This document shows positions 27,701 to 42,286 of a DNA stretch of 64,000 nucleotides, piece after piece. The stretch is from Octopus vulgaris (Eukaryota): the NCBI GenBank assembly GCA_951406725.2, contig OX597833.1, positions 60,388,001 through 60,452,000 of the forward strand, written 5' to 3'. How positions within the stretch are numbered: the first letter of the stretch is position 1; each line of letters starts with the position of its first letter. Position numbers and translations under genes: made by a program. The notes below the pieces were generated by a model. That model was not told the origin of the DNA and made no database searches. It saw nothing but the letters and a program-made list of their open reading frames with translations.

Positions 27701-30700
27701 TGGCACTTATTTTATCTGTCCTGCCTCAAATTATTTCTATGATATTGAGTGCCACACCAGGGAAAAAATAATAATAATAAAAACAGTTGAAAGTAGGACG
27801 TGGATGATTAACCTAGTGATTGGTTAATGGATTATTGAAATGTGCACCTGAGCACTGTATACAATAATTTCATTATTATTATTAATAATAATAATAAACA
27901 TTGTGTACAGTGCTCAGGTGCACTACAACTCATCGAAAGTGTATATATAATCAGGTGTAGTTTCGACGGATTTCGGAAAGCATGAGGGCCTTAAAGGATG
28001 CAGTGTCATGGCAGTCAACAACTGATGCAGGCAGTTTATTCCATGCTTCAGCAACTCTGAGTGTGAAGAAATGTTTCCGAAAGTCATGGGAGCTGTGTTG
28101 TTTTCTGACTTTGTAGGCATGTCCACGTGTGTTAGACACATGGAGATCAAAAAGGTGTTCAGTGTTGTTGTTGGTGAGGTGGTTGACAACTTTGTGGGCG
28201 TTTACCAAGTCCGTCACCAGACGCTGGAGCTTCAGTGAATCCATGCCCAGGGAAACAAGGCGCTCAGAATATGGTAGGTGTCTGATGGAGGGTATGCGTT
28301 TGGTTGCACGTCTCTGGACAGATTCCAGGAGGTCAATGTTCTGAGCAAGATAGGGGTTCCAAACTGATGATGCGAATTCCAAGTGTGGTCGTACCATAGC
28401 TGTATACAGTTTTAAATAGATGGCTGGAGAGCGGCTAACAAAAGTCTTATTGACGTCTGTATATAAAGCAAAGGTTAATACCACTGGGTGTTACAATTTT
28501 ATTTCGGGATGAATAACTCCTCGCATGAATAACTCCTACTACCAAGTCAGTAACATTTGGATTCCGTGACGCACTATTTTATTTCATATTTTTCAATGAG
28601 CTAAGCAACACACACAAAAAAAGACCAATAAATAACAATCAAGGAAGTTAACTCCAATGTTATAGAAATTATCTCCCTTCCCTTGACACGACACATGTGA
28701 GGTGCGCGCGCGTGCGGCAATGAATGTAGGGGGGGGAAAAAAAGAGAGATTGACTGACCTGTACTGTCGACTGTAGTGCCCAGCCGTTGTATACTGTTGT
28801 GTGCCGAGTGTGGAGCTTTGTAGACTACAAGGGTGACATCATCCTCATCATCACGGGAGGGAGTCGGAGGAAGTTGGCGACGACTGATAGAGAAGGAGAT
28901 GATAATGATGTTGGAAGTTGGTTATAGTAACGAGATTAACTTTTCACACACACACATATATATACATGGCAATGAGAAAAACAATTATGAGGTACGCTAA
29001 AGTATAATTCTTGCATCAGCCTAGACTACATAAAGATAAGCTGTATAAGACTTGTACCTGAAGGTAAATGGAGCTAACAATAATTTCATATTGTTATACA
29101 CAACTCACTGTTACTATGGTTATACTCTTTTACTCTTTTACTTGTTTCAGTCATTTTGACTGCGGCCATGCTGGAGCACCGCCTTTAGTCGAGCAACTCG
29201 ACCCCGGGACTTATTCTTTGTAAGCCCAGTACTTATTCTATCGGTCTCTTTTTTTGCCGAACCGCTAAGTGACGGGGACGTAAACACACCAGCATCGGTT
29301 GTCAAGCAATGCTAGGGGGACAAACACAAACACACACACACACGTACATATATATACATATATACGACAGGCTTCTTTCAGTTTCCGCCTACCAAATCCA
29401 CTCACAAGGCATTGGTCGGCCCAGGGCTATAGCAGAAGACACTTGCCCAAGATGCCACGCAGTAGGACTGAACCCGGAACCATGTGGTTGGTTAGCAAGC
29501 TACTTACCACACAGCCACTCCTGCGCCTACGTAATTATGCCTAATTAAATAAAAAAAAAGAAGCATAACAGACCAAAGTGTTAAATGTAAACGCTCTCAG
29601 CTCCGTCCCTACCCCCTACGTCTCTGACACTCATACTGGTCTTTATGATAACCAGTATTAATACAGACAACCCAGTGTACATATGTTAACATGAACGCAG
29701 TAATAGGTGTATTTTAACATGATCAAACCAGTAATAAGTTCACAGAGAAACCCAAGTGCATATCCCTTCAGCATATAAACTGACCACATCTGGCCCAAAT
29801 ATTCTATCTGTTTCATCTTCGAACTGACCAGAATCCATCCTCTCACTCCTACCTTATAATCACATCACTGAATTCTTGAAGCTACAAGATAACGCATGAT
29901 TAATTCAAAACAATGCAAATAAATAAGCATTACACTTGATACAGTAATCTGAATATTAAAGGGATATATTAACATGAATAAATTAGAATGGGTACATTAG
30001 CATAAATAAAACAGTATGTGTTTAGATGCACACACTAGTATGTATATGTTAATATGGACAAACCAGTATATATTAACAGACAAACCAGTATGTATGTATA
30101 AACACAGATAAACTAGTATGTAAATATTAATATACCCAAGCTTGGGACATACAGGGTGTTTGGGTTAAATTCGACAGTTCACATAAGAAGGAAAAGCATA
30201 CACAAATTCCCATCCAAAAATAAATGTATGTTAAAAAACCAAAAAAATCTCATCTAGAATATGGCTGGGAGATAACAATTTACTCGAAGTAGATAAGATG
30301 AGCACCTAACTTTACGACTTTACATTTCAATGACTGATGGAATAGGGGACATTGAATACCTGGCCAGACCAACACAGTCCTCTCTCTCTTGCACATTACA
30401 TCACATGTCCACACCAAAACAGTTCTCTTTCTCTTACACATTCAATTCCTCTGATATCAAGTTTTCCTTTCAGTTTCTTTCTGCACTGTTATTCATCATC
30501 ATCGGTGTTTAACATCCGCCTTCCATGCATGCATGGGTAGAAAACTACCCCAGGCTACTGTATCTGTTTTGGCAAGGATTTTACAGCTAGATGCCCTTCC
30601 AAACACCAATCACTCTGCAAAGTGGACTCAGTGCTTTTTACATGGCACTAGCACAGGTGAGGTTAGTTTTGGCATGATTTTTACAGCTGGTTGCCCTTCC

Positions 30701-33700
30701 AAATGCCAACCACTTTACAGTGTGGACTGGATGCTATTTAAGTGCCACCAACACTGGCAGGGTAATCAAGTAACTCACAAGACCAGGAATTTTGAGAAGG
30801 GCAGGGGCATTTGAGGAGAGGAACTTGTGTCAGAGGATGAAAGCTTAGAGTGTGACAGAAACAAATAAACAGAAACAGGTGTCTTGCTATAATGGAAGGG
30901 GCACTGGAGATGATAAAAGGTTAGAGAGTGACAGAAAGAGAGAGGCAGAAACGGGTATCTTGCTATAGAGGAGGTACATGGTTATCATTTCTTTCCAACC
31001 TTACTTCACACTCCTTTCACTCACACATTTCATGCAGTATTGTGCAATTTGCTCCTCAACCACACAGAGAATTGTTTTGTTGCCAGCAGAGATAAAAGTT
31101 CTCTGAACTTTTTCTACTCCACACTTACTCTAGGTACTATGCTTTCAGAAACATCTATTTTCCACTGTGGATTAGGTCACCTTGGTAACAGAAGCTATTG
31201 ACCACATCTCATTTAATTCAAAACAATTTTGTGTTAATACAGAGTGGGTGGGGAGCAATAGCTTAACTGTTCAGGGTATCAATGGGTCACCATGTTATTT
31301 AAGAATGTGTGTGTGTGTCTCACTCTGGAATAAGAACAAGTTAATCCTGTTGCTCCAGTATGAGGGGTCCCAATAGGTTAACCTTGTTACTTTAGCTCAG
31401 TGGAGGGGACACATTATTTCATTTAAAACAGAAATAAGACAGAGTGTGAGTAAAGTTTACCTGGGAGGTTTTGGTGAAGAATTTGGTGAATGTAAAGGAG
31501 ATGATAGCGGTGATGGTCGCCGTGGTGGTACTGGGGGTGGTGCTACATCTTTCTGGGAGGCATTTGGAGAGCCGAATGGGGATTTATCGCGATACTGGAA
31601 CATAAAAATGGAGAGAAAAAAAAAATTAGAATTGGACAAACAGACATTCCAGAAGTAAAGGATTATTTAAGCATGTCTTATATTCAAAATCCTGACAGAT
31701 CTAAGAGATATTCAATAATCTCTCTCTCTTATCATATATACATATATATATAACTGTTTAAGGCAAAACCTAAAGCCACAATCAAATATCCTTGGCAAGA
31801 CAAGAGTGTCATAGCCGATTTAAACATCCATGTAGAATAAACTTAATAGGTCGATTCCTCATCCATTAAAACTGGAGGCAGAGTCCATCATACATATTAC
31901 ATATATATAATTTTTTTTCCCTTTTCTTTTGTCTCTTTCTCATATGTGTATGCAAGTGTGTCTGTGTGGTTGTGAAAGAGTGGTAGCAATAATTTGTGTG
32001 GTTCTGTGGGTCTCTTCTATACTGATAACCACAGACAGGCACACAGATGTGAAACATTACCTGGTCCTTTGGGTGGACAACTAGAGCCTGTAAATTCGAT
32101 GTGCTCTGACAGGGGTCCTGAAAATAGAGATAAAATGAACATCCAACTTTACATTTCAATGACTGATGGAAGGGGTAACATTGAATACATGCCAGATTAC
32201 ACACACACACACACACAAACTTTATTGTTTGCTAACCAACTATATCATAGTGTACTACCTTCTTATTTCTTTATTGCCCACAAGGGGCTAAACACAGATA
32301 GGACAAACAAGGACAGACAAACAGATTAAGTCGATTACATCGACCCCAGTGCGTAACTGGTACTTAATTTATCGACCCCGAAAGGATGAAAGGCAAAGTC
32401 GACCTCGGCGGAATTTGAACTCAGAACATAGCGGCAGACGAAATACCGCTAAGCATTTCGCCCGGCGTGCTAACGTTTCTGCCAGCTCGCTGCCTTCTGT
32501 CAACCAGGTAGACTGAGGTTGCAGACCAAGGGGGTTTGAACCCATAACTTGGGTCATGTTACAGTCCTGGAACCTTATTAGATATGCCATGCATCACCAC
32601 AATCATCCTTCCCTTAATCATTATTACCAATACCACCATCCCTCCCCTTTCATCACTAATAATGCCATCCTAACCATCACCACCACCATCATCATACTTT
32701 AATGACTGACGTCACATGTGACAAGTCGAGGTGTGTCCAATAACAAAATAGCACTTATTAACACACCACTAATTAGCAAACATTTGAAGTCACTAAGTAA
32801 ATCACTAGAAATTGTGTGTATGTGTGTGTTAAATGTGTGATAACTATCACTATGTGGAATGTTTTAGTCTCTATATGGGATATGTGTGTGTGTGTGTGTT
32901 TGTACGAGTGTATATGTGTATGTGTGTGTGTGTGTACATGCACATGTATGTGTGTGTTTGTATATATGTATGTGTACATGTGTGTGCGTAGGCATGTTTA
33001 TGTATGAAAGATAAAAGAATTCAGGTTGAATCAGCAATGCTGTAATGTTTTAAGGAGGAAGTGGAAGGGAGGTTGTCCTAATTAATGATACCCCCAGTTT
33101 TTTGTCCTAATTATTAATACCCATAACTCTTTGCCCAAATTAATAATACCCAGTTTTTCCTGAAATAATACCTTTAGTTTATGCCCTAATTAATAAAATC
33201 CTCAGCTTTTGTCCTAATTAATAAAATCTAGTTTTTGTCCTAATAAAATTCAGTTTTTGTCCTAATCAATAAAATCCACAGTTTTAGTCTAAGTTAATAA
33301 AATCCAGTTTTTGTCCTAATTAATAAAATCCAGTTTTTTTTTTTTTTGGTCCTCATTAATACCCAAATTTTCAGATTTGAGGGCTGTCAAGCAAAATTAT
33401 ACATCTTCATACAGTGTTGGTTCATCTACTATCACTGCTGCTGAGTCAATGGTTAACATACCACAATCTGACCAAAACAGTGTTAGTAGTTACTAATATG
33501 TACCATGGGTAAGGTTGGGTTCAGTTCCTGGTGGTATGTTGAGTCCTTGAGCAAGACACTTTATTTCACGTTGCTCCAGTCCACTCAGCTGGCAAAAGTG
33601 AGTAGCACTTGTATTTCAAAGTGCCAGCATTGTCACATTCTGTGTCACATTGAATCTCCTACATTAAGGGTATGCGTGTCTGTGGAGTGCTCAGCCCCTT

Positions 33701-34394
33701 GCATGTTAATTCCATAAGCAGGCTGTTCCATTGATCGGATCAACTGGAACACCCATTGTTGTAAGGTGCATGGGAACGTACTGATTGCTATCAGAACTAC
33801 TGCGCAATGGATGTCTTAGTTTGAAATCTGGAATCAGACAGAGAAGTATAGGAGAGGTAACAGGACGAGGAGAACATCCTGATGTGTTGTGTGACTGGAA
33901 CTGACAAAGCAGGGTAGAGGCAGAGCAAAAGGAAAGGGGACGAGGGTGGAAGGTGCCTCTACTGCCCTCTAAGAGCAGAATTTTCTATCACGTCAGTAAA
34001 TTAAGGTGGTGGGAGGGGACACCAAGTGCTGAGAACCTTCACCATGCCACTGACAGGCTGAAACCCCTTATAGAGGGTCATGTGCAGAAGGGAAGGAGCC
34101 ACAGCTGGCCAAAACCAAAAATATAACTTACCTCATCATCTTCATCATCCTGAATGAGATTTTCTCGGCATTCGTTCAACTTACACAAAGATTTTGGATC
34201 AAAAGGATCAACCACCACCTGCTCTGTCCCTTTGATTTCACAACGACAGAATGGACAACCCTGTCCACCTTCAACGTCCTGGCAACGAGAAAGAGGAAAC
34301 CCAACATTTAAAGGATCAGTCATCAAACATTCCTGAAACGTTTAAGGTGCGATTAATTAGTGTGAATGTTGGTAGTACGTTAGCATTTGCTGAC

Positions 34395-34457
<63 letters not shown>

Positions 34458-37400
34458 TCCTTTTTCTTAACTGTGGAACTCAAGTAGATAAAGCTATAAA
34501 TAACAATATATTGGGCCAAAAACCCTAGTCAAAAATTAATTATTTAAAATCTCTTGAAATTTCTAAATTCATATGACAAATTATTAATATCAACATTACC
34601 ATACTTATTGCAATAGAGTTCAAAATCAGCCAAGGTGACCAACTCTCATCCCACCCAAGGTTCATCAAATATTGAGGCAAACTAAATTGATTTTAACCTT
34701 CCACTAACACATGTAGCCAAACTGGTAGAATTGTAGGCATGTGGGGATAAAATGCCTAGTAACATTTCTTTCGGTGGTTTATGTTCATAGTTCAATTTCT
34801 GCCAAGGCCAACTTTGGCTTTCATCCTTTCAGGGTCGATAAAAACAAGCATCAGTTGAAAACACTGAGGTTGAAATAATCAACCACCTCCATCTCCACCC
34901 TAAATTTCAGTAGAAAGAATTATTATTATTATTATTATTATTATTAAGGAGGTGAGTTGGCAGAATCGTTAGCACAAAGGACGAAATACTCAGAGTTTGA
35001 ATTCTGCTGAGGTTGTCTTTACCTTTCATCCTTTCAGTGCTAATAAAATAAGTACCAGTTAAGTACTGGAGTCAATTTAATTGACAAACCCCCTCCCCTA
35101 AAAAAAAGTTTGGGTCTTGTGCCTATAGAACAGTGGTTCCCAAATTTTTTCAGGCTGCCACCCCCTTGACACCCAGGCCACATTCCTAGTGCCCCCACCC
35201 CAAATAACCATCACAAACAGATCTCTTCCTGAAGCAAATTCAAAACAACTGTATTTCGCAAATAAAATTTAACCTAATGACCCCATTATTTTGTTGTTTT
35301 TACAGGAATCACTACCCCATTATCACCCCTCTTTTTACATGAATCACGACCTCATTGTCGCCCCATTTTTCTTCAATGCTCCTTTGGAACTTCCACCACC
35401 CCCAAGGGGGCAATACCACCCACTTTGGGAACCACCTTTATAGAAAAATACTATTCCTGCCATTAACAAATGTAACAATCATTGATTAGGCAAAAGAGTT
35501 ATGTCTCTTTAAATTCCAAGTTCAAATCTTGGAGTTGACTGCCTTCTGGTCCTTCAGGGGTTGATAAAATAAAATACCAGTTAAACATTGACGATGATCT
35601 AATCAATTATACCCTTTCTGGTTATCTTGTGCCTCTATTGTGTAATAATTATTTCAAATATTGGTACATGGACAGCAATTTTAGGAGGGGAGTTAAGTCA
35701 TTTACATCAACCCCAGTATTTGACTAATAAATTTCTACCTTTGGAAACTTTAAACATTAAATGTTTCCAAGATGAGATACTAGTCAGTCTATTAAATATA
35801 ACACTAAACAAGCCCACTATATATTCTGATTAAAAATGTAAACAAAATTATAATTATTATACTCCAGAGATACAAGATGATTTGAATGAAGTTTGAACTA
35901 CTATACTTAAAATATCCAATTAGAAATAATTGTGGTGGCAAAAAATGAAAACGAAAAAAAAAAACAAGAAGTTAACTCAATGACAAATTATTTTAGTTCC
36001 GTAAATAAGGGAGACAAGTTGAGGAATGTTTTAGTTTTATTAAACCTCCACAGCAAAGTGGTGATTTGATCCCTCTTACCCAAGAAGCAGATGAAACAAT
36101 GACACTACTTTCCTCAAGCAGATACGACCTCAGTTATTTTGCTCAACTAAACATTGAATTAACCCTTTCATTACCATATTCCTAATGAAATACATTGTCT
36201 TCTTTGCACTTAATTTTTGAAACTAATGAAGAATTTAGTAAAATAATTTTGTTGTTAAGCAGGTGTTTCGAACATAAATCAACAGGAAATTTTTATGGGA
36301 AGCTTTTTTTTAGATCACTTTAAAACAAAGTTTGTATTATAGAACAAGGGACAGTCTCAAGCAGATTAGTATGAAAATGGTTAAGTTTTCAACAGTCTCG
36401 TTAAACTGGGTAAATAATAGTCTATATTTTTCAGTGAAAATATTACAAAACCAACCATTGTTAATATAAAGACACTAAAATATGAGATAGTATTTAATAA
36501 ATGAGATGATTGTTAATTGAACATACAATTGTCGGTCTATTTGAAACATTTCAATGTGAAACTAAGGAAACAAATTTTTTTCACAACACATTTAGAATTT
36601 TCTAGAACAAAAGCAGTAGACTGGCAATTCTTCACTCCTGCTCCAGAGCATGGGCTGCGAGGTCACTCCAAAAAGCTCTATCTACGACGATTTCATCTCA
36701 ATCGAAGGAGAGGGGCTTTCTCCGTCCGGGTTGCGGATCCGTGGAATAAGCTGCCAGACGAGATAGTGAAGATGCCGATGACCGCTCGGTTCAAAGTCTC
36801 TCTTGACCAGAAATGGCCTGAACCCTTTGTATGACCACATTCCCTGTACATAACTCCCTGTCCCCCTACATGGCCTTGCTTTTGCTTTTTGAGCCAATAA
36901 AAATTGAACTGAATTGAATTGGCAGGATTGGCTGAGAATTGGAGGGAAAACAAGTGCCGTGTGGTATTTAGTAACAACCCTTTACATTGTCAAACCAGAC
37001 CTGAATCCTTAGGCTACATTTATGATATGATGCCAGTGGGAGAACAAGAATCAAAAACTGGGAAAATAACCATGAAACTAGAAGCTTTACCGTCTCAAAT
37101 CAGTACCATGGCAATTTGAAAACACTTTAGAAATTAAGGTTAGACAGGAACCAACTATATATCCAAGACAACCAGAGAACAAATTGGAGTGTGACCATGC
37201 TGGGGCAACACATTACATTGTAAATATATATACTAAATATTGTCATATATATACAGTCACCATCATCATCTTTTAACGGCCACCTTCCATGCTGGCACAA
37301 ATTAGATACTTTTGCATCGGCTGTGGGATCACTCCGAAAAGCTCTATCTGCGACGATTTCATCTCAATCAAAGGAGAGGGGCTTTCTCCGTCCGGGTTGC

Positions 37401-37879
37401 GGATCCGTGGAATAAGCTGCCAGACGAGATAGTGAAGATGCCGACGACCACTCGGTTCAAAGTCTCCCTTGACCACAAGTGGCCTGAACTCTTTACATGA
37501 ACACCTTCCCTGTACATAACTCCATGTCCCCCTACATGGCCTTGCTTTTTGAGCCCAAAAATTAACTTAACTGAACTATAATTTGATGAGTCTCAAGACT
37601 GCATCATGGTCCAATGTCTGCTTTGACAGAATTCCTATTGCTGGATGCCCTTCCTAACTGACCACACACACACACAAACACATGCACATGACAGGCCTCT
37701 TTTCAGTTTCCATCAAGCAAGTTTCTTCAAACAGCATTGGTTCGCCCAGACTAGACTAAAAGACATTTGCCCAAAGTTGCAAACAGTGCAACTGAACTTG
37801 AAGCCATGTGATTGAGAAGTGGACTTATGAGCCATATTTGTGCCTAAGCATTGTAAATGTATACACTGTAAATACTGCT

Positions 37880-37940
<61 letters not shown>

Positions 37941-40900
37941 TGTCTGTCTGTCTGTGTGTGTGGCTTCTAGGATCTCAGGCATCCTCCATCCAATTGCACT
38001 CAAATTTGATATGTAGATACCGACGGTATCAGGGAGTGTATAAGTCTTGAAAAAATTACAAAAATCGATTCCAGGTGAGAATGCGATTGATAAAGCTGTG
38101 GGAAATCGCTTTTCTTTGGAATATAAAAAAGTCAATCTTTATTTCTTCTTTTGCTGGTGTCTCAAATTTAGGTTAAATCAGTGTTTCTCAAAGGGGAGGC
38201 CTATGGGACAGTCGGACAAGTTGTTTTGAAAACATTTGGTTTAAATGTTTGACAACTCAGCACCGTCCATTGGATGGGTGGGGGTGCTCATATATACATA
38301 TATGACAAATATGGTTAATAGTTTGGAAACCAAAATTTTAAGTCATCTTAAAACATTTACATACTTATTGAGAAATGCTGAATTAAGGCTAATAATTAAT
38401 ATCTCAATAAAATCCTGGTCAGTACTGGTGTCAGAATATTGTGTGATCACAGTAATATATTGGGTCATTCCATAAATAATGTGGTTTTTTTAATTGTATG
38501 AACTAAAAGTCAGAGGGGGACAGGATAAACTATCTGCACCAGCTTGCTATAAAAGCAGGTAATAATTTTACTTGGTCTTATTCTTAGTGCAAGTTTTGAA
38601 GAGTGTGGTTCAATTTTAAGTTATTTTTTCAAAGCTATAATGGAAGTGATGAGGTATATTCAACATATTTTGTTTTACGAGTTCAATAAAGACAGCAATA
38701 CAACAAAGTGCAAGGAATATTAATACATGGTGATCAGACAATAATTGTAAGTCAGTGTCAACGTTGGTTCCAGATATTCCAAGCTGGAAACTACAGCCTG
38801 GAAGACAAGACTCATCCTGGAAGATCTGTAGAGCTCGATGAGGATGTCCTGCAAATTCTGGTGGAACAAAATCCTAATGTAATTGTTGAGGAACTAGTAG
38901 AGAAGCTTGGATTTGGTCATTCAACCATTCATTGACACCTGTGTGCAATCGGAAAAGTCAGTAAATTGGGTCAATGGATTCCTCACAAAATTTCCAAGGC
39001 TAATCATGAACAGAGGGTGAATGCATGCTCTTCTTTGCTGACGCATCTCATGAATGAACCTTTTTTGGACTGAATAGTGACTGGTGATGAGAAATGGGGT
39101 CTCTATAAAAATGTCAAGCACTGAAGACAGTGGGTAAGGAAAGGAGAAACACCATCATCCCATGTGAAAGAAGGTCTTCACTCACGTAAGGCGTTGTTAT
39201 TTGTTAGGTGGGATATGAAATGTTTAGTCCAATTTGAACTTTTAAATACAAACCAAATGATAACAAAGGAAATCTACTGTGAGCAGCTTAAGCAGCTTAA
39301 GTCAATGCTGGAAGAAAAACAACCATCTTTGGTTTCAAGGCAAAAGACGTTCTTCCATTAGGATAATGCCCAGCCACATACAGCAAAGATGACATTCCAA
39401 AGGGTGGAGCAGTCTGAACGGGAAACGATGCCCCACCCACCATATCCGCCAGACATTGCCCCATCCGGTTATCATTTATTCTGCAGTCTTCAAAATCATT
39501 TGGATGGAAAAAATATGAGTTCTGTAGACAAGGTGAGAACAGTACTGGAGGAGTATTTTCCGTCACAGACAAGTGAATTTTGGAAGAGGGGCCTTGCAAG
39601 TCTATCAGATGGATGGACAGGCATTGTAGAAAATGAAGGAGAGTATATTTTAGATTAAAAAAGAACTTTATCTTAATTTTGAAAAATAAAAGTATTAAAA
39701 AACTGCATTATTTATGGGATGATCCAATACATTAACATATGCACACATGAATATATATATATATATATATATATATGAATTCATTGTTTAAACCTCGCCA
39801 AGATAAATATTTAAACCACTTGATGAATGACTGTGACTTGAAAATTTAAAGAAATTAACAGCCATGAAACGATCGTAGTGATATATTAATTATATTTTTT
39901 TAATAATTTTGTTATATATTTAAATAATATAAATTAAATAATCTTATGAATTGGCTTAAGTTTTTCATTGTATGATTTGCCTAATAGTGGTTTTGTCTCT
40001 AATTTAATATAATATATATATATATAAATACACACATGCATGTATACACAAATACATGTGCGTGTGTGTGTGTGTGTAGATACACACTGTATACAGACAA
40101 GCACTACGTATATACATACACAAACAAACTATATATATACGTGTATGTATAGGATAATATAAATATATTTTGCTTTTTCTGTAAAAAGCACTTTAGCTGA
40201 GAAAGCGACACATGGCCACAAAAGGCTGTCAACGAGTGATGCTGGAACAGAAGATACGTGTGGGAGGTGAAATGATGTAAAAGTGTTTGAAGGAGACGGC
40301 TGACAGTTAAGAGTTTCACAGCATCACTGCAGTTGCTACAGACAACATCATCATCTTCTCAATGTTTTTAATCACCATAACAACAGCATGTCTTGGCTAC
40401 AATAGTTGGGCCGGTTTCATCAGTGGTCGGCTTGTGTGGGCTGCACAGGCTATAATAGCAGCTGTGCTGGTTTCACCAGTGGTCGGCTTGTGTGGGCAGC
40501 AAGGCTACAGTTAGTTGTGCCTGCCTCACCACCAGTGGTGGTCATGTGTGGGTAGCAAGAGGGTAGTGGACAAAAGAGTCCAATTATTGTTGAATGAGAT
40601 CTTTAGAAATAAGTCTTTTGTTCAGTTTGTGAAGTAATGTCAGATGGTTTATATATACACACACACACACACACATACACACACGTGTCCTGTGTGTGTG
40701 TGTGTGTGTGTGTATCTTGATACTGTGTGGATTGAGATCTCCAATGAGAGGATCTTTTACTCTTTTACTTGTTTCAGTCATTTGACTGTGGCCATGCTGG
40801 AGCACTGCCTTTGGTCAAGCAAATCGACCCCAGGACTTATTCTTTGTAAGCCCAGTACTTATTCTATCGGTCTCTCTTGTCGAACCGCCAATTACAGGGA

Positions 40901-42243
40901 CGTAAACACACCACCATCGGTTGTGAAGCGATGCTGGGGGTGGGGGCAAACACAGACACACACACAACAGGCTTCTTTCAGTTTCCGTCTACCAAATCCA
41001 TTCAAGGCTTTGGTTGGCCTGAGGCTATAGTAGAAGACACTTGCCCAAGGTGCCACACAGTGGGAATGAACCCGGAACCATGTGGTTGGTAAGCAAGCTA
41101 CTTACCACAGAGCCGCTGTTGATAATAAATTGTTAAATATGTATAGAATGCAAATCTGTAGCTTGTGTTTTTTGAAGCTGTGATTTGATTTGCATATAAA
41201 CAAACTGGCAATTTATTTCTCTGGAATTGATCAAGTGATGGAGACACCATTGATCAGAGCTGAATAAGGTTTGAAAATCAATTACGGCTGTTCATCATTG
41301 TTTCAATCTACAGGTATAGAGGGATGGCCATAAGTCACTTTATCCATTTCTTTATTATTCATAGAAATGGGTAAAGCAACAGTCTTCTAACCTACGTCCT
41401 CTGCCCACTTTTTCTCTCACCAGACTTATGTTCCACTGACCCCGTCTACTAACAATACATACATCCAGGCTTGCTTCATTTCTTTCCAACCGTAACCCAT
41501 CTTCCACATTTGATAACTATGCTTAGTCGACATGCAATAGCACACTTTGTACACTGCTTGATAATTATGGTTTCAAATTTTGGCACAAGGCTAGTAATTT
41601 TAGAGAAGAGATAAGTCAGTTTCATTGATCCCAGTGCCTAACCGATACTTATTTTATCAATGCCGAAAGAATGAAAAAATAAAAAAAAAAGTAAGCCACA
41701 GCAGAATTTGAACTCAGAATGTAAATATCCAGAACAGTGGTTTTCAACCAGGGTTCCGCCAGTACAGTCCAGGGGTTCCACAAGAAGTTACAAAACTGCT
41801 AAAATCGGCAGTAATTTTTAATTTTCCTGTGCAGATATGTGTGCATAAAACTATTAAATTATTGCATAGGGGTTCCTCGAGCCAGTGAAATGTTTTCTTG
41901 GGGTTCCGCTCCAGCAAAAAGTTTGAAAAGCACTGATCCAGAAGAAAGGCCACAAAGCATTTTGTTCAACACTCCAGAAATTCTGCCAGCTCGCTGCCTT
42001 AACTAATTAATTAACAAATTAATTAATTAATTAATAATTATTTCCCATATAGAAAATACAAAGCTAGACATTGCAATTGCATTTTAATGCTACTTTATTT
42101 TTTTCAATCCCAAATGGAGGAAACGTAAAGTCAGTTGAGATGGGATTTCCACTCAGAATGTTATGGTTTGTAATTAAACGTGCTTTCAATTTTGCTATGC
42201 ACTACTGATAATTGTTATTTATGACTCAGTCAGAAGGCCCAGA

Positions 42244-42286
<43 letters not shown>

